NCBI GenBank assembly: GCA_034780895.1 | Contig: JAUZTB010000065.1 | Location: forward strand, 25,590,085-25,654,084 | Source: Rhynchobatus australiae | Lineage: Eukaryota | Reading direction: 5' to 3' | DNA: 64,000 nt | Shown: positions 40,557-53,116 of the stretch, in pieces | How positions within the stretch are numbered: position 1 is the first letter of the stretch | Layout of the letters: each line of letters starts with the position of its first letter | Notes under the pieces: generated by a model | What the model was told of the DNA's origin: nothing | What the model saw: the letters and a program-made list of their open reading frames with translations, nothing else | The model's database searches: none | Program-made: the position numbers and the translations under genes

Positions 40557-40650
40557 TGTCATTATGCAATCAGTCCAGTGTGGAATCCATGTGCTGTACA
40601 ACAAGGCATCAAGGTAGCCAAATCGAGGGCCAGTACTCAGAATCATGACA
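40557..40650. repeat. 94-bp element bounded by TGTCAT...ATGACA
   Basis: 6-bp terminal inverted repeat; second copy at 51926-52012. Confidence 0.6.
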
Positions 40651-41554
40651 AACCCATGGCCAACATATTTTTTTTTACAGAATTAAAGGTCTATAAACGT
40701 TCCATCATTTCATATGTTCTAACATACCTCAGAGAGCAGAACACTGGAAGTCTAGACACAGAAAATGATTGTTAATTTGATAATCAAAATATGTAAAAAA
40801 ATTAGAAACAACCATTTCAGATGCTGAGTCATGGTCATGGAGGGATTTGAAGCAAGGATGAGAGTTTCTGGGTTTCCCATTCAAATAATTAGTAGAGAGT
40901 TCAGGATACAATAATGTTGCTTAGCATTTAGACCTAGGGTAAGTCATCTAGTTAATAGCAGGGTCATTAAACAGAAGGATAGTAAGCTACAAGCAGTGCA
41001 GACCAAAGGGTTGCTTCGATTGCTGCCATCCACAGCAGATTTACTTCAAGCTGTCAGTTAGAAAATTATTCCAAGCACTGAGTTTACAGCCTGATCTTTG
41101 GATGCCCAAGATTGAATGATGTTTCTCCTCATACTGGTCATTAAATGTAGTAATCAAAATGCTCCTCAGAAATGAGCTGCAGTTTTTGGGCATGTACATT
41201 AAAACGAAATAAGCTAATGAAACAAAAAACTTGCCACATCCAATCTATCAGTTTACCCATATTAATCAGATGGTGTTGATTTCAGTGTGCCCTATCCTTT
41301 AGATTATCTTTTAGTAGTGCTTGACAATTTCTTCTGATTTCTAACAGATAACCAAATCTGTTTTGACTGTACGCTCCTGCATGATGTTTGCAGAACATGG
41401 AGATCAGAAGAGTCTCTCAGAAGATAATGTTTCCCATTCAAATTACTAATAGAATATCTCTACCATTAAGTCACACCATAAATGCTCATTCTCAGCTGAT
41501 GCTGTGGCTGCTATATTCATGACAACCATAGAGTGTATCCAACTGAACAATTTC

Positions 41555-41720
41555 CACCCCTTCTCTTTCCCTTAGTTTAATCCTCAAACCTATACCTTTG
41601 TCTCAGCCTTTAATCATCTGACCTGTTGCCTTTTTACATATCTCAATGTCAAAATCTATCAATTTTTTTGTTCGATAATGTAACTGTTAAGTGATTTGGG
41701 ACATTACATGACGTTAAAGA
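41555..41720 (+). mobile_element. L2 3' tail
   Basis: cctcaaacctatacctttg..cagcctttaatcatctg...gtgatttgggacattacatgacgttaaag. Confidence 0.6.
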
Positions 41721-42210
41721 AATGTCTCAAAGTGCTTTACAGTTTAAGTATCAAACACAATTTGATACCAGACCCCTTAATATGATATGACAGATGATCT
41801 AAAGCTTCTTTAGCAGAGAAATGTGTTAAGGAGTGATTTAATAGAGGAGAGAAGAGTAGAGATTCTAAGGGAGGGAATTCAAGAGATTTAAGCCTGGTCA
41901 GGCTAATGTTTTGCCACTAATGTTGGAAAAAGGAAAACTGGGAAGTTGCATGAGGCTAGAATTGGAAATGTGCAGGTATGTCAGAGGCTTTACATTGTAG
42001 AGGTAGAGGAGGTTATGGTCATGGTAGGTTTTAAAATCAAGGATAGGAATTTGCTGGATCAGGAATCAATACATGGGTGTTTGGGTTTATGGAATTTGGA
42101 ACAAGTTAGAATATGGGGATCAAAGTTGTGGATGAGATCATGTTTGTTAGGTTGCTGGGTAGGAATACAATCAGGAAAAATACTTGAATAGTTGAGTCAA
42201 GCGATAACAT
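41721..42210 (-). mobile_element. L2 3' portion, tail-to-tail with the previous copy
   Basis: aatgtctcaaagtgctttacag...ttaaggagtg..agggagggaattcaagag...ttgaatagttgagtc; same family as 23804. Confidence 0.65.
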
Positions 42211-42212
42211 GT

Positions 42213-42437
42213 GAAAATCAAAAAAGTGCAGATGCTCTAAATCTGAAATAATAGCAGAAAATGTGTGAAACACTCCAAAGATCAGAACTTTGGAAATAAA
42301 GACACAGCTAATATTTCAAGTCAAAAACCCTTTGTCAGAACCCAGTTTTGAAAAGTGGTCTTTGACCAGAAACATTAACTCTTTCTTTCCACAGCTGCTG
42401 CCTGACCTGCTGATTGTTTCCGGCATTTTCTGTTCTT
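42213..42437. repeat. Palindromic PLE-derived repeat
   Basis: aagtgcagatgctctaaatctgaaat ... gctgcctgacctgctgattgtttccggcattttctgtt. Confidence 0.65.
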
Positions 42438-44724
42438 ACCACCTGTATAGAGTTGCAGTATGGACTTCAGCAGTAGATTGGCTGAGGCAGAAGAGAGATG
42501 GGATATGTTACAGTTCCCCAGTTGGTAATCAAACACTCATGAAGTAACCTTGCACAAATACAAAGTGTTCATCCATACTGATTCATAGAATTGGTTTCAC
42601 TGTAAGTGCAAAAAAAAGATTTATATTAAATGATGAGACATGGATCTTTCTTCAAGAACATAACAGTATCACTGGAATCTCAAATTAATGTGGACTAATC
42701 ATAAATGAAACGTAAACATTACCACCGTTAAAAACAGAAAAATTCTGTTGCTTCTGAAGAGCTATGGCTTCCAAAAACTGGCACATGATATGATTGCTAT
42801 GTGTGACATGCCAAAGACTGTTTCCCTAATGAGTTCATTTCTACAGATTTCAGTAACACCCAGGGCCTGGGGTGCAAAGCAAAAGATGCTGTCTGGGACC
42901 AAGGCTCGTGGGGGTAGTGTTGATGGGTGGTGGAAGGTGGAGGCTAGCCATCAGAGGATTGGGGTTGCCAACAATTAGAGTTTAGGGTCTGGTGTTGGTT
43001 GATGGAGAGTGGGCCTCTATTGGAAGCACTGAGCTACTGGAGACTTTGGGGGCTATGAGAATTGAGTCTTGCGAGGGACTGATAGTTCAGTGATCAAAGA
43101 TATATGGGCAATAGAAGAGTTCAGGGAGTAGGGTTCAGGGGATTGAAGGGTTGGATTCATAGAGGAAGCAGATGATTGGATGGGGAGAGTGGGTTCAGAG
43201 GTTGGAGCATAGGTTTATGTGAGATATGATTGGTGTGGGTTGGTACCATAGACATTGTGAACCCAAAGGATATAAAGTAACAATGGGAGGGTGCCAAGCC
43301 AATAGTCTGTATTTTAAACATGGCTGTTTCTTGTAATCTCTAACAGTGGTCAGTCCTGAGATGACATGAATTAATTTCTCCAGCATTGCAGCATCAGGAA
43401 ATGGCATCAGATGCATTAGTGAACTCATACAATAAGTGCCTGTCTGAATTTCTAGAGGTGAATGAATGATCTGGAAATGACCATTATTGAGCATCATTAC
43501 AAACAATGCATCTTTTTCATCATGTTGCACTAAAATAAGACTGCTATATCATCAAATTTCTAGGACACAATGCTTTAAGAGTTGCATGTTATCTTTGAAA
43601 TAAAATATGCTAACTAGCTTTCTTAATACAGGGCAGGGTGTAATTTCTTCAAACACTGAAGGGGGGGATTCTGTGTATTCTGTTGTGGTGACTAAATGTC
43701 ACCTACAGTGAGCCAGGATTTTCCCTGAGGATAAGTANNNNNNNNNNNNNNNNNNNNNNNNNNNNNNNNNNNNNNNNNNNNNNNNNNNNNNNNNNNNNNN
43801 NNNNNNNNNNNNNNNNNNNNNNNNNNNNNNNNNNNNNNNNNNNNNNNNNNNNNNNNNNNNNNNNNNNNNNNNNNNNNNNNNNNNNNNNNNNNNNNAGTAA
43901 TAAGTGCATCACAAATAAGGTTTTTTATGCTCAAATAGTTTCAGCTAATCACAATTATCACATGTGCTTACTTAATATGTATGGACAATTTAATTGTTAT
44001 ATAATTTCACTAAAACTTTAATAAGATGCCATAAATAAGTTCATGAATAAAATGCAAAGTGATTTGTTTATTGAAGTGTATTTGCATCCAATGTAGGCAG
44101 TTTGCACTCGAGTTAACTCCATCAAGATCAAATTTTGCAATTGAACTTGCTCAGTGGGCTCTTTGAAAACAATGGATGCTACCCAATTCTGAAATGGCTG
44201 CAAAACCACAAGCAAAAATCAGGTGATACTGGAAGACATGCTTGATTTGATAAATCAATTTATTGTTATTATGTTTGTGAATTTTGAAAGTAGTGAAAGC
44301 AGGAAATTGAGTAGGGATGTGAAGTGTAGCAAGGAACTCAAACTATTTACCAGGAAAAGTTGATAATTTCATCATACATTTCCCATGGGGATCAATTTGT
44401 TTAGACCTCGATGTTCAAAAAATGCTAGACCCCTCTCCTTCCTTTGGCTTGTGCTTCAAGTTCTTCCACTACTAATGCACTATTAACACATTACCATATA
44501 TACTACCAGCAGAATGTTCAACAGCTAGTCATTTGCACAATGAGCGCAAGTTAAAACAATCTAGCAAATGGTTAGTCTGCCATAGAAAATAATTTTAAAC
44601 ATATGGAAATCATCTTTGTGCACCTGAACTCAATGGATATTTTACTAAGTAAACTTTATGATGGCAAAATAATTTTACAATATCTAGATTGGAAAACCAA
44701 TGGCAAATTGCACTTAAAATTTCA

Positions 44725-45142
44725 TCCCGGGTTCAATTCCCGCCGCTATCTGTAAGGAGTTTGCACATTTTCCCCATGTCTGTGTGATTTCCTCCCACAT
44801 TCCAAAGACATAGGGGTTAGGAAGTTGTGGGTCTGTTATGTTGGCGCNNNNNNNNNNNNNNNNNNNNNNNNNNNNNNNNNNNNNNNNNNNNNNNNNNNNN
44901 NNNNNNNNNNNNNNNNNNNNNNNNNNNNNNNNNNNNNNNNNNNNNNNCACATTTTCCCCATGTCTGTGTGATTTCCTCCCACATTCCAAAGACATATGGG
45001 TTAGGAAGTTGTGGGTATGTTATGTTGGCGCCGGAAGCATGGTGATACTTGCGGGCTGCCCTCAGCGCATTCTCAGTAACGCAAAAAGATGCATTTTGCA
45101 GTGTTTCGATGTACATGTGACTCAAATAAATATCTATCATCT
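44725..45142 (+). mobile_element. tRNA-derived V-SINE, partly duplicated across a gap
   Basis: B box gggttcaattccc, then gtaaggagtttgcacattttcccc and cccacattccaaagac; 3' end gatgtacatgtgactcaaataaa. Confidence 0.8.
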
Positions 45143-47877
45143 GCTAAATGTATTTTGCTAACTTCACATTATGCTGTTGAAGAAAGCCAAATTATTTCAT
45201 TGACAAAAAATCATCTGTAAGATTATTTATAGGAAGATGCTCTCATGAATATTAATATAACTTAATCAAAATATCCTTTGGCTTGTGTGCATCTTTGAGA
45301 ATTCCTTTTAAGATGAATTCAAACATGTTTTCACTTAAAAAGGCTATATAGATCCAATAATTTAGCTATGTTTACACAACTGCATTCTGAATAGTAAAAT
45401 TAATTCTTCCAATAAGTAAAGAAAGAACATATGTAGCATTAAGGAAATTGAAGCCAAAAAAAATGTTTGCTATCATATTGCAGGCTGGTTTCTGACCCAT
45501 TCAATAAATAGTTGGAACATTTGCTGACTGAATGAATGCAAGTGACAATTTACAGGAAGAATCCTGAGATGTTTTGAGTTAAGTAATTCAAGTATAGATT
45601 AAAAAAAAAATCACAATGTGGTGAGAATTTCTCATTGCTGAATTGGAGTGAAAATTAAAGGAAGTAGCTTTGATTTGCTGGTTTTAGGGCAACTATTACA
45701 TTTAGTTCAGGCTATTGGAAGTTCCATCAATCTTTTCTGATTCAAGAGAGAATCTTGTGATTTCTCCATTTAATTAAGAAATCGTACAAATGTTTTATCG
45801 AAGTATTCCCTTTCCTGCACTATAAATTTTGTTTAGTTTCAAGGACAGCACAATGCTAATTTGATCTAATTGTAATTTAGCTGTGGAATTTACTTCTCTA
45901 AATGTCAATGATAAACGAAATTTGCAATGTTTGTCTCATATCTTATTTGGGCATTGTCAATCTATAACACTATACCACTGAATAAAGTGTCATAAGATAT
46001 AAAACTGAAGATCCCCTTATCTATGACAACAAGATCCCTTAAATGAAAAAAGTATTTTCCCCTAGATTTCCATGGCAGATTCTAAGTGCATTTCTATAGA
46101 AGGTGAAATTATACCAGAGCTGTTACAAGTATTAATGAGACCACAGGTTTTTTTAGCACAAAGTTATACTGTTCTTTGAGAGAGGGACTTGTTAATGAAG
46201 GTTTTAACATCAACAATTAAATTACAACAACTAAGAATAATGTATTTTGCTATGATAGATCAGTAGAAAGTGCAATAAAATTAAATATTCCATAAAGTAA
46301 GCAAACAAGTGAAAGCTTACATACAAAAATGAGGAAGTTCAAATCAAAGAAAATCCATTAGAGTGTATGGTTGTAGTATGGCCAGTCAATAAATTGGAAT
46401 ATTTTATGACTGAAAAAGCAAGAATGAAAATGTGACAGTGCAAATAATCCCACAGTAGAAACAAAACTACAATGTTTTCAGTCCAGTGAGATATTGGATT
46501 TCATTTGATTATTTTTGATCATTATGACTTTGTTGTTGTAATTTTCAGTGTCTATCACCTTGCATGAAGGTGAAAAGATGCTGCAAATAATAAAAGGAAA
46601 ATAAGAGACAGAATACAAAAATTCAATACTGAACTGACTGATTTCCATTAAAGATGTAAAAATGTAATGCAATAGTATCAAGTAAGATTCATAGCTGAAC
46701 ATCCTTTGAAACCATTCAGAGACATCTTTGGGGAGGTATTTCTTAAACACCAGCTATTGAATATGATTGGCTAAACTGAATCTGACATAAAACTATGACC
46801 AATGCAAATATAAACNNNNNGTGTTTTTGGCTGTAACAGAGGACAAGATATAGAGAAGAGTCATTTCACATTACTGGTCTCCACCATGTTACTCCATGGA
46901 TCCCATGCCATAGACAGTGGACTAATGAGAATAATCCATACTACACTGAATTCTGCAGTGTACAGCACTGAAAAAATGGCTGTGTTGTTGGATTTCTAGA
47001 ACTCAAATGATAAATAATTTCACAAAAAGTGTTGTCCTATTAAAGCCAAATCTATAATGACATTGCTCCCAATAAAGCTTATTACCACATATAACATCTT
47101 GTGTATGTGGGTGAGGACAGTGATATATAATTTAAAAGATAAAGTTTATTAATGCTGCAAAATATGTGTGCCTCATTAATTCTTGGTTATCAAATTGTAA
47201 AATAACACAGCTCTTTTGGCTGCTTTCCCACTTAAAATAGTAAACAATTGTACTTGATAGTCATGTTGAGCTTTTGAGGATTTTTACAACTGCACAACAG
47301 CAATCCATTTTCAATCAACAGCACAATTTTTGGAAAACCAGTCATGTCACTTTACATGACAACTGATCTGTGCCTAGGGCTGTCTTCCAAACTCTGTCAT
47401 GAAAGTCAGAGTAATTTAGTATATTGAAATATTTTTTCTGGATTATTCATTGGGCCAGAGAAAGATTTTTGCTTATGAATTGGTGACTGTACAATTTCCA
47501 TGTGTCGTTCAGTATCTCAAGATCTAGTAATACCAATTTCAGCAAGACATAGGCTCACATTGTTGTTGCTTCTTGATGCACATGAAATGCAAATGTACAG
47601 GAGAAAGAAGCTCTGTGCCAATGGATAAATGGGAACACTGCTTCACTGGTTTTGATCTTCAATTAGTTATAATTTCACCTCTGCTACTTTGGTTTAAAAA
47701 AAGTTAAAGGCTGTTGTACAAAGAGTACCAAACTTAAAGTCATGGAACACTGAATAAAATTGCAAAGGCATTGACAGTGTATTGCAGATAACAATGGACC
47801 TTTTCCTCTCTTGATTAGGTGCCCAAGTCTCTGGATGAGATTTGAATGATGTGAACAATATGCTTTTATTTCCAGAA

Positions 47878-48612
47878 GAAACATAACTGCAGATACTGTA
47901 ATCTAGATGAAAAACACTGACACTGGAGAAACACAGCAGGCCAGGCAGCATCTGTGGAGAAAAGCAGGCGGTCAATGTTTCAGGTCACGACCCTTCTTCA
48001 GGACTGAAGATAGGAAAGGGGTAAGCCCAGTATATAGGAGTGAAAAAGCAGAGCAGTGATAGGTGGACAAAAGAGGGGAGGCAGGGTAGGCACANNNNNN
48101 NNNNNNNNNNNNNNNNNNNNNNNNNNNNNNNNNNNNNNNNNNNNNNNNNNNNNNNNNNNNNNNNNNNNNNNNNNNNNNNNNNNNNNNNNNNNNNNNNNNN
48201 NNNNNNNNNNNNNNNNNNNNNNNNNNNNNNNNNNNNNNNNNNNNNNNNNNNNNNNNNNNNNNNNNNNNNNNNNNNNNNNNNNNNNNNNNNNNNNNNNNNN
48301 NNNNNNNNNNNNNNNNNNNNNNNNNNNNNNNNNNNNNNNNNNNNNNNNNNNNNNNNNNNNNNNNNNNNNNNNNNNNNNNNNNNNNNNNNNNNNNNNNNNN
48401 NNNNNNNNNNNNNNNNNNNNNNNNNNNNNNNNNNNNNNNNNNNNNNNNNNNNNNNNNNNNNNNNNNNNNNNNNNNNNNNNNNNNNNNNNNNNNNNNNNNN
48501 NNNNNNNNNNNNNNNNNNNNNNNNNAGTCCTGACCCAAAATGTTGACCGCCTGCTTTTCTCCACGGATGCTGCCTGGCCTGCCGAGTTCTTCCAGCATCA
48601 TAGTGTTTTACA
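47878..48612. mobile_element. PLE-derived element with inverted termini flanking a gap
   Basis: Left caggccaggcagcatctgtggagaaaagcaggcggtcaatgttt is the reverse complement of right aatgttgaccgcctgcttttctccacggatgctgcctggcctg. Confidence 0.8.
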
Positions 48613-49194
48613 TGTTTTTAATTCCGATCTGGGTGATCGTAGGCTGCAGGTAGATGTGTTTTTAAGAAGTGGGACTGTAGGTAAAAGACATTTAAAAGGG
48701 AAAAATGGATATTTGATTATAGCCATTGGATTTGGAGAATTTGTGTAAGCTGGTGTTTAAGTCCCTGATGGAATATTGAAAGCAGGTCCAAGAAACATTT
48801 TGTGGGATTAATGACAGAACAATACTTATGATATAACAAATAGTATTATTAGAAATCAATGGTGTTAAAGTATAAAGAAAGGTTTCCAAAACTAAATGCC
48901 TTGAAAATCATCTCCAATCAGTAGTGCTAAATGAGTATTATAACTGCAACACATTACACTTTGCCTTCAGAATTCATTTGACTGGAAGGAAGGGATTTCC
49001 AGGCTCTCTTTTTACATTAATACAATGGTTGTTAAAGAGTTTAAAAATTATGAATGTTTTAAGAGGACAAATTGATAAAAACTTGTTTTGACTGCTTGAT
49101 GTTTTAAAAATTCAGTGTAAGCATTTGCAGAATAATTGAAGATGTTACCAAGGTTAGATCTTGAGAGATTTTAAAAGAAAATTGAAAAAGTAGT

Positions 49195-49445
49195 GAAAAA
49201 AACAAGCTATTAGAGGAACTCAGTGGGTCAGGCAACATCTGTGGAGGGAACTGGACAGTCAATGTTTGGGTTGAGACCCTTCATTTGGGCTCAAAGACAA
49301 GGGTGAGTTAGCTTGTATAAAGAGGTGAGGGGAAGGGATGGAGCACGAGCTGGAAAATAATAGGTGGATCCAGGTGAATAGGATTAATAGGCAGATGGAG
49401 GAGAGAAGAGTGGAAATAGTGACAGAGGATGTGAGGTGATAGTCT
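49195..49445 (-). mobile_element. PLE terminal-repeat fragment
   Basis: gaggaactcagtgggtcaggcaacatctgtggaggg...taggtggatccagg; collinear with 57830-58070. Confidence 0.8.
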
Positions 49446-50362
49446 TTCCAATTCACTATTCCTCCACCTATTTAAAATGCAAAGAAAAAGGTCAATAAGA
49501 TTAGGGTGAACTGCTCTTGTGGGATGGCTTACATTGTTCCATATAGGATGCACTGAATAGCTTCCTTCCACACAGTTATTGCCATGATTCTATACATGAT
49601 GAAATCCAACTTACATTCAAGACGGTCTGTGAAGTGAAAAATTGGTCCAACTTTTACCCAAGGCCTGGCCCTGCTCTTGATAAAATACTCACAAATAGGA
49701 TGAAGTGAATCTGTCAACAAATATATTTAGAAAGCGAACAGATGGGAAAGCAAGTGTAAATCAGCTGAAAACATGGGTGAATCTCAATAGCCTAATAATG
49801 TACTCCAGCCAAAATATTCTTTGACGTAAAGCCAGAAATGCAAGCAAGTCTGCCAGAAAACAAAGGCTGACATTTATAACCACAGTCCAGGTATATTCCT
49901 TACTGGTGATTCTAGCTTCAACTCAAATCAGAAAATAAGTATTTCTTGGTATAGGTGGGATATGAGAATGCATCAGGGCCATTTTATAGGAGCAACAATA
50001 TGCATTCCTCAGTGAAAACAGAAAAAGAAACATGGCTCAATGTCTTTTATTTTAAGATTCATGTAAAAATGGGAGTTATGGTTATAATGTTTCCTAAATA
50101 CCCAGAAAAGCCAATGAATTCATCACAGAATCCAAATAGAAACAATGAGAACCACATCTTAATTATCTGAATAAACAGAAACTTAATGTTTACGGAACAA
50201 GACCAGCAATCCATAGGTTGAGAGTTCAGGTTCCATGACAATATGAATTTGATTGATTTTTTAAAAATTAAATTGACTCAATGTAAACTTTCAGAATTTT
50301 GTAAGTGTCAGCTGTTTCATAGATGTCTTTTCTTTGAAAGGATGGTCAAATCACATAGATAC

Positions 50363-51019
50363 CATGGCCAAGAAAGGGAACCAGTGCCTCTACTTTCTCA
50401 GGAGGCTAAAGAAATTTGGTTTGTCCCCTTAGACTCTCAGCAACTTTTACCAATGTACCATAGAAAGAAACCTATCTGGATGTATCACGCTTGCTACGGC
50501 AACTGCTTTGCCCCGCCCCAGACTGCAAGAAGCTGCAGAGAGTTGTGGACACAGCCCAGCGCATTACGGACACCAGCCTCCCCTCCTTGGACTCTGCCTT
50601 TACCTCTTGCTGTCTTGGTGAAGCAGCCAGCATAATTAAAGACCCCATCCACCCAGGTCATTCTCTCCTCTTCCATCAGGTAGAGGATACAGGAGCCTGA
50701 GGGCACGTACCACCAGACTTAAGGACAGCTTCATTTGAGCCCAAATGAAGAGTCTCAACCCAAATGTTGACTGTCCACTGTGATAAGACCCTTATACAAT
50801 GAAGTGGACTATGACCTCAATTTACCTTGTTGTGACCTTGCACCTTATTACACTGCACTTTCTCTGTACTGTTAATGTTTTTACCTGTACTACATCAATG
50901 GACTCCGTACTAACTCAATGTAACTGCACAGTGTAATGGATTGACCAGTACAATCAGTATACAAGACAAGTTTTTCCACTGTACCTTGGTACAAGTGACA
51001 ATAATAAACCAATACCAAT
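50363..51019 (+). mobile_element. Rex1/Babar 3' portion
   Basis: DCKKLQRVVDTAQRITDTSLPSLDS..CLGEAASIIKDPIHPGHSL; tail acaataataaaccaataccaat. Confidence 0.9.
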
Positions 51020-51274
51020 GTACTGTGGTTGTATGTTCTGAGCATGTGACTTGTCTTCTATTACGTGGTTGACTTGTTGCTCTTAGCATGACCACCCTCT
51101 GTCTCTGCTCACCCACATTCCCCTGGTCCACTGAGCTGACCATCCACAACTCGGTGGTGTCTAGTAAGGTCTAGCAAGGCTTTAGTGGTAAGCAGCAGCA
51201 TTGTTTTGAGGTCCCACCCAGAATTCTATGACCTTTAAAAGGAGGCAAAGTAAAAGTAGAACTTGGTCCTAAAT

Positions 51275-51363
51275 CCATAAGATATAGGAGCAGAATTAGG
51301 CCATTCGGCCCATCGAGTCTGCTCCACCATTCAATCATGGCTGATTTATTTTTACCTCTCAAC
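51275..51363 (-). mobile_element. CR1 3' tail running into a gap
   Basis: cataagatataggagcagaattaggccattcggcccatcgagtctgctccaccattcaatcatggctg. Confidence 0.85.
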
Positions 51364-51925
51364 NNNNNNNNNNNNNNNNNNNNNNNNNNNNNNNNNNNNN
51401 NNNNNNNNNNNNNNNNNNNNNNNNNNNNNNNNNNNNNNNNNNNNNNNNNNNNNNNNNNNNNNNNNNNNNNNNNNNNNNNNNNNNNNNNNNNNNNNNNNNN
51501 NNNNNNNNNNNNNNNNNNNNNNNNNNNNNNNNNNNNNNNNNNNNNNNNNNNNNNNNNNNNNNNNNNNNNNNNNNNNNNNNNNNNNNNNNNNNNNNNNNNN
51601 NNNNNNNNNNNNNNNNNNNNNNNNNNNNNNNNNNNNNNNNNNNNNNNNNNNNNNNNNNNNNNNNNNNNNNNNNNNNNNNNNNNNNNNNNNNNNNNNNNNN
51701 NNNNNNNNNNNNNNNNNNNNNNNNNNNNNNNNNNNNNNNNNNNNNNNNNNNNNNNNNNNNNNNNNNNNNNNNNNNNNNNNNNNNNNNNNNNNNNNNNNNN
51801 NNNNNNNNNNNNNNNNNNNNNNNNNNNNNNNNNNNNNNNNNNNNNNNNNNNNNNNNNNNNNNNNNNNNNNNNNNNNNNNNNNNNNNNNNNNNNNNNNNNN
51901 NNNNNNNNNNNNNNNNNNNNNNNNN

Positions 51926-52012
51926 ATGCAAACAGTCCAGCATGGAATCCATGTGCTATACAACAAGGTATTAAAGGAGCCAAATTGAGGGCCAGTACTC
52001 AGAACCATGACA
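51926..52012. repeat. Second copy of the ...ATGACA element (left end lost in gap)
   Basis: 77/87 identical to 40564-40650; homology stops exactly after CATGACA. Confidence 0.65.
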
Positions 52013-52221
52013 GTCTCAGGCTTAAGGGGGCTCCATGTATGTTCAGGCCTTGCTTATCTGAGTGCTATTGAATATAGATGGTCTGCTTTCCTCCACAGAT
52101 GCTGCCTGGCCTGCTAAGTTCCTCCAGCATCATCATGTTTTTCAGTCCTCTTTAGAACCTTTGGCCATTGCCGCCACAACTCAGCCTAGTATTTCAGACA
52201 ACATGCTTTGAGTGGATATGT

Positions 52222-52815
52222 TTTTTTTTAAATTCATTTTCTAGAATCTAAGTGTTGCTGGCAAGGCCAATATTCATTGACTTCCCCTAACTGCCTTTAA
52301 GAAGGTGGTGTGGCAGTTTTTCTGGTAAGGGTACTCACACAGTGCTGTTGTTCCTGGATTTAGACTCAGCAATAATGAAGGTCCAGTGATATATTTCCAT
52401 ATCAAGATGATATACGACTAGCACTGGAAGCTGCAGATTATGATACTCCTACTGCCTTTGCCCTCCATGGTGGTAGAAGTCATGGGTTTGGAAGCTGCTA
52501 TCAGAGACTCATGAGCATGTGACTCCAGTGCACCTTGTAAATGGAACAAACTGCAGCCATTTGTGCTCTGTTCATGGGATACCAATCAAGCAAACTTCTT
52601 TGTTTTGCATGGTGTTAAACTTCTTGCAAGTTGTTGGAACTGCACTGATCCAGAAGCATATTGCATTGCCCTCTTGACTGAGGCTTTATAGATGGTGGAA
52701 TGGTTTTGGCATGTCAGGAGATGAGTTACCTGCCACAGGATATCCAGACTCTTACCCCTTCCTGTAACTATGGTAATTATGTGGTGGTCTAGTTGAGTTT
52801 CTGGTTGGTTGTGCA
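52222..52815 (-). mobile_element. CR1-clade LINE 3' portion (likely partner of the SINE at 5052)
   Basis: LDILWQVTHLLT..STIYKASVKRAMQYAS resembles the TIYKAQVRS.MEY motif; tail ctggcaaggccaatattcattg..cccctaactgcc. Confidence 0.7.
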
Positions 52816-53044
52816 AGATTTTCTGTAGGTATCATTATGCTGCTGGCTGAGAAGTTCAGGAGTAGCTGCAGTAAAAGTAGAGAAATACAAAGTTTTCCAT
52901 GCTTTCAGGAGAATACTATATGAAATGAAAACATTGTAAAAACTCTCTGTAGTTCTGACCACAGTTGCATATTTATTCTAGCACTACTGAAGATGAATGA
53001 GATTGTTATTGACACTAAACAGAGGGATAATTTCTGAGGTAGAA

Positions 53045-53116
53045 TCATAAGCTCATAAGAAATAGGAGCAGGAGCAGGCCATCTGGCCTGTCGAACTTGC
53101 TCCGCCATTCAATAAG
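53045..53116 (-). mobile_element. CR1 3' tail running into a gap
   Basis: cataagaaataggagcaggagcaggccatctggcc..gctccgccattcaataag. Confidence 0.85.

Noticed and set aside
40554-40775. Similar peptides SPVWNPCAVQQGIK and SPAWNPCAIQQGIK at two loci, suggesting duplicated exons
   Set aside because: Substitutions fall at all codon positions and homology ends at an inverted-repeat terminus rather than a splice site, so it is treated as a repeat.
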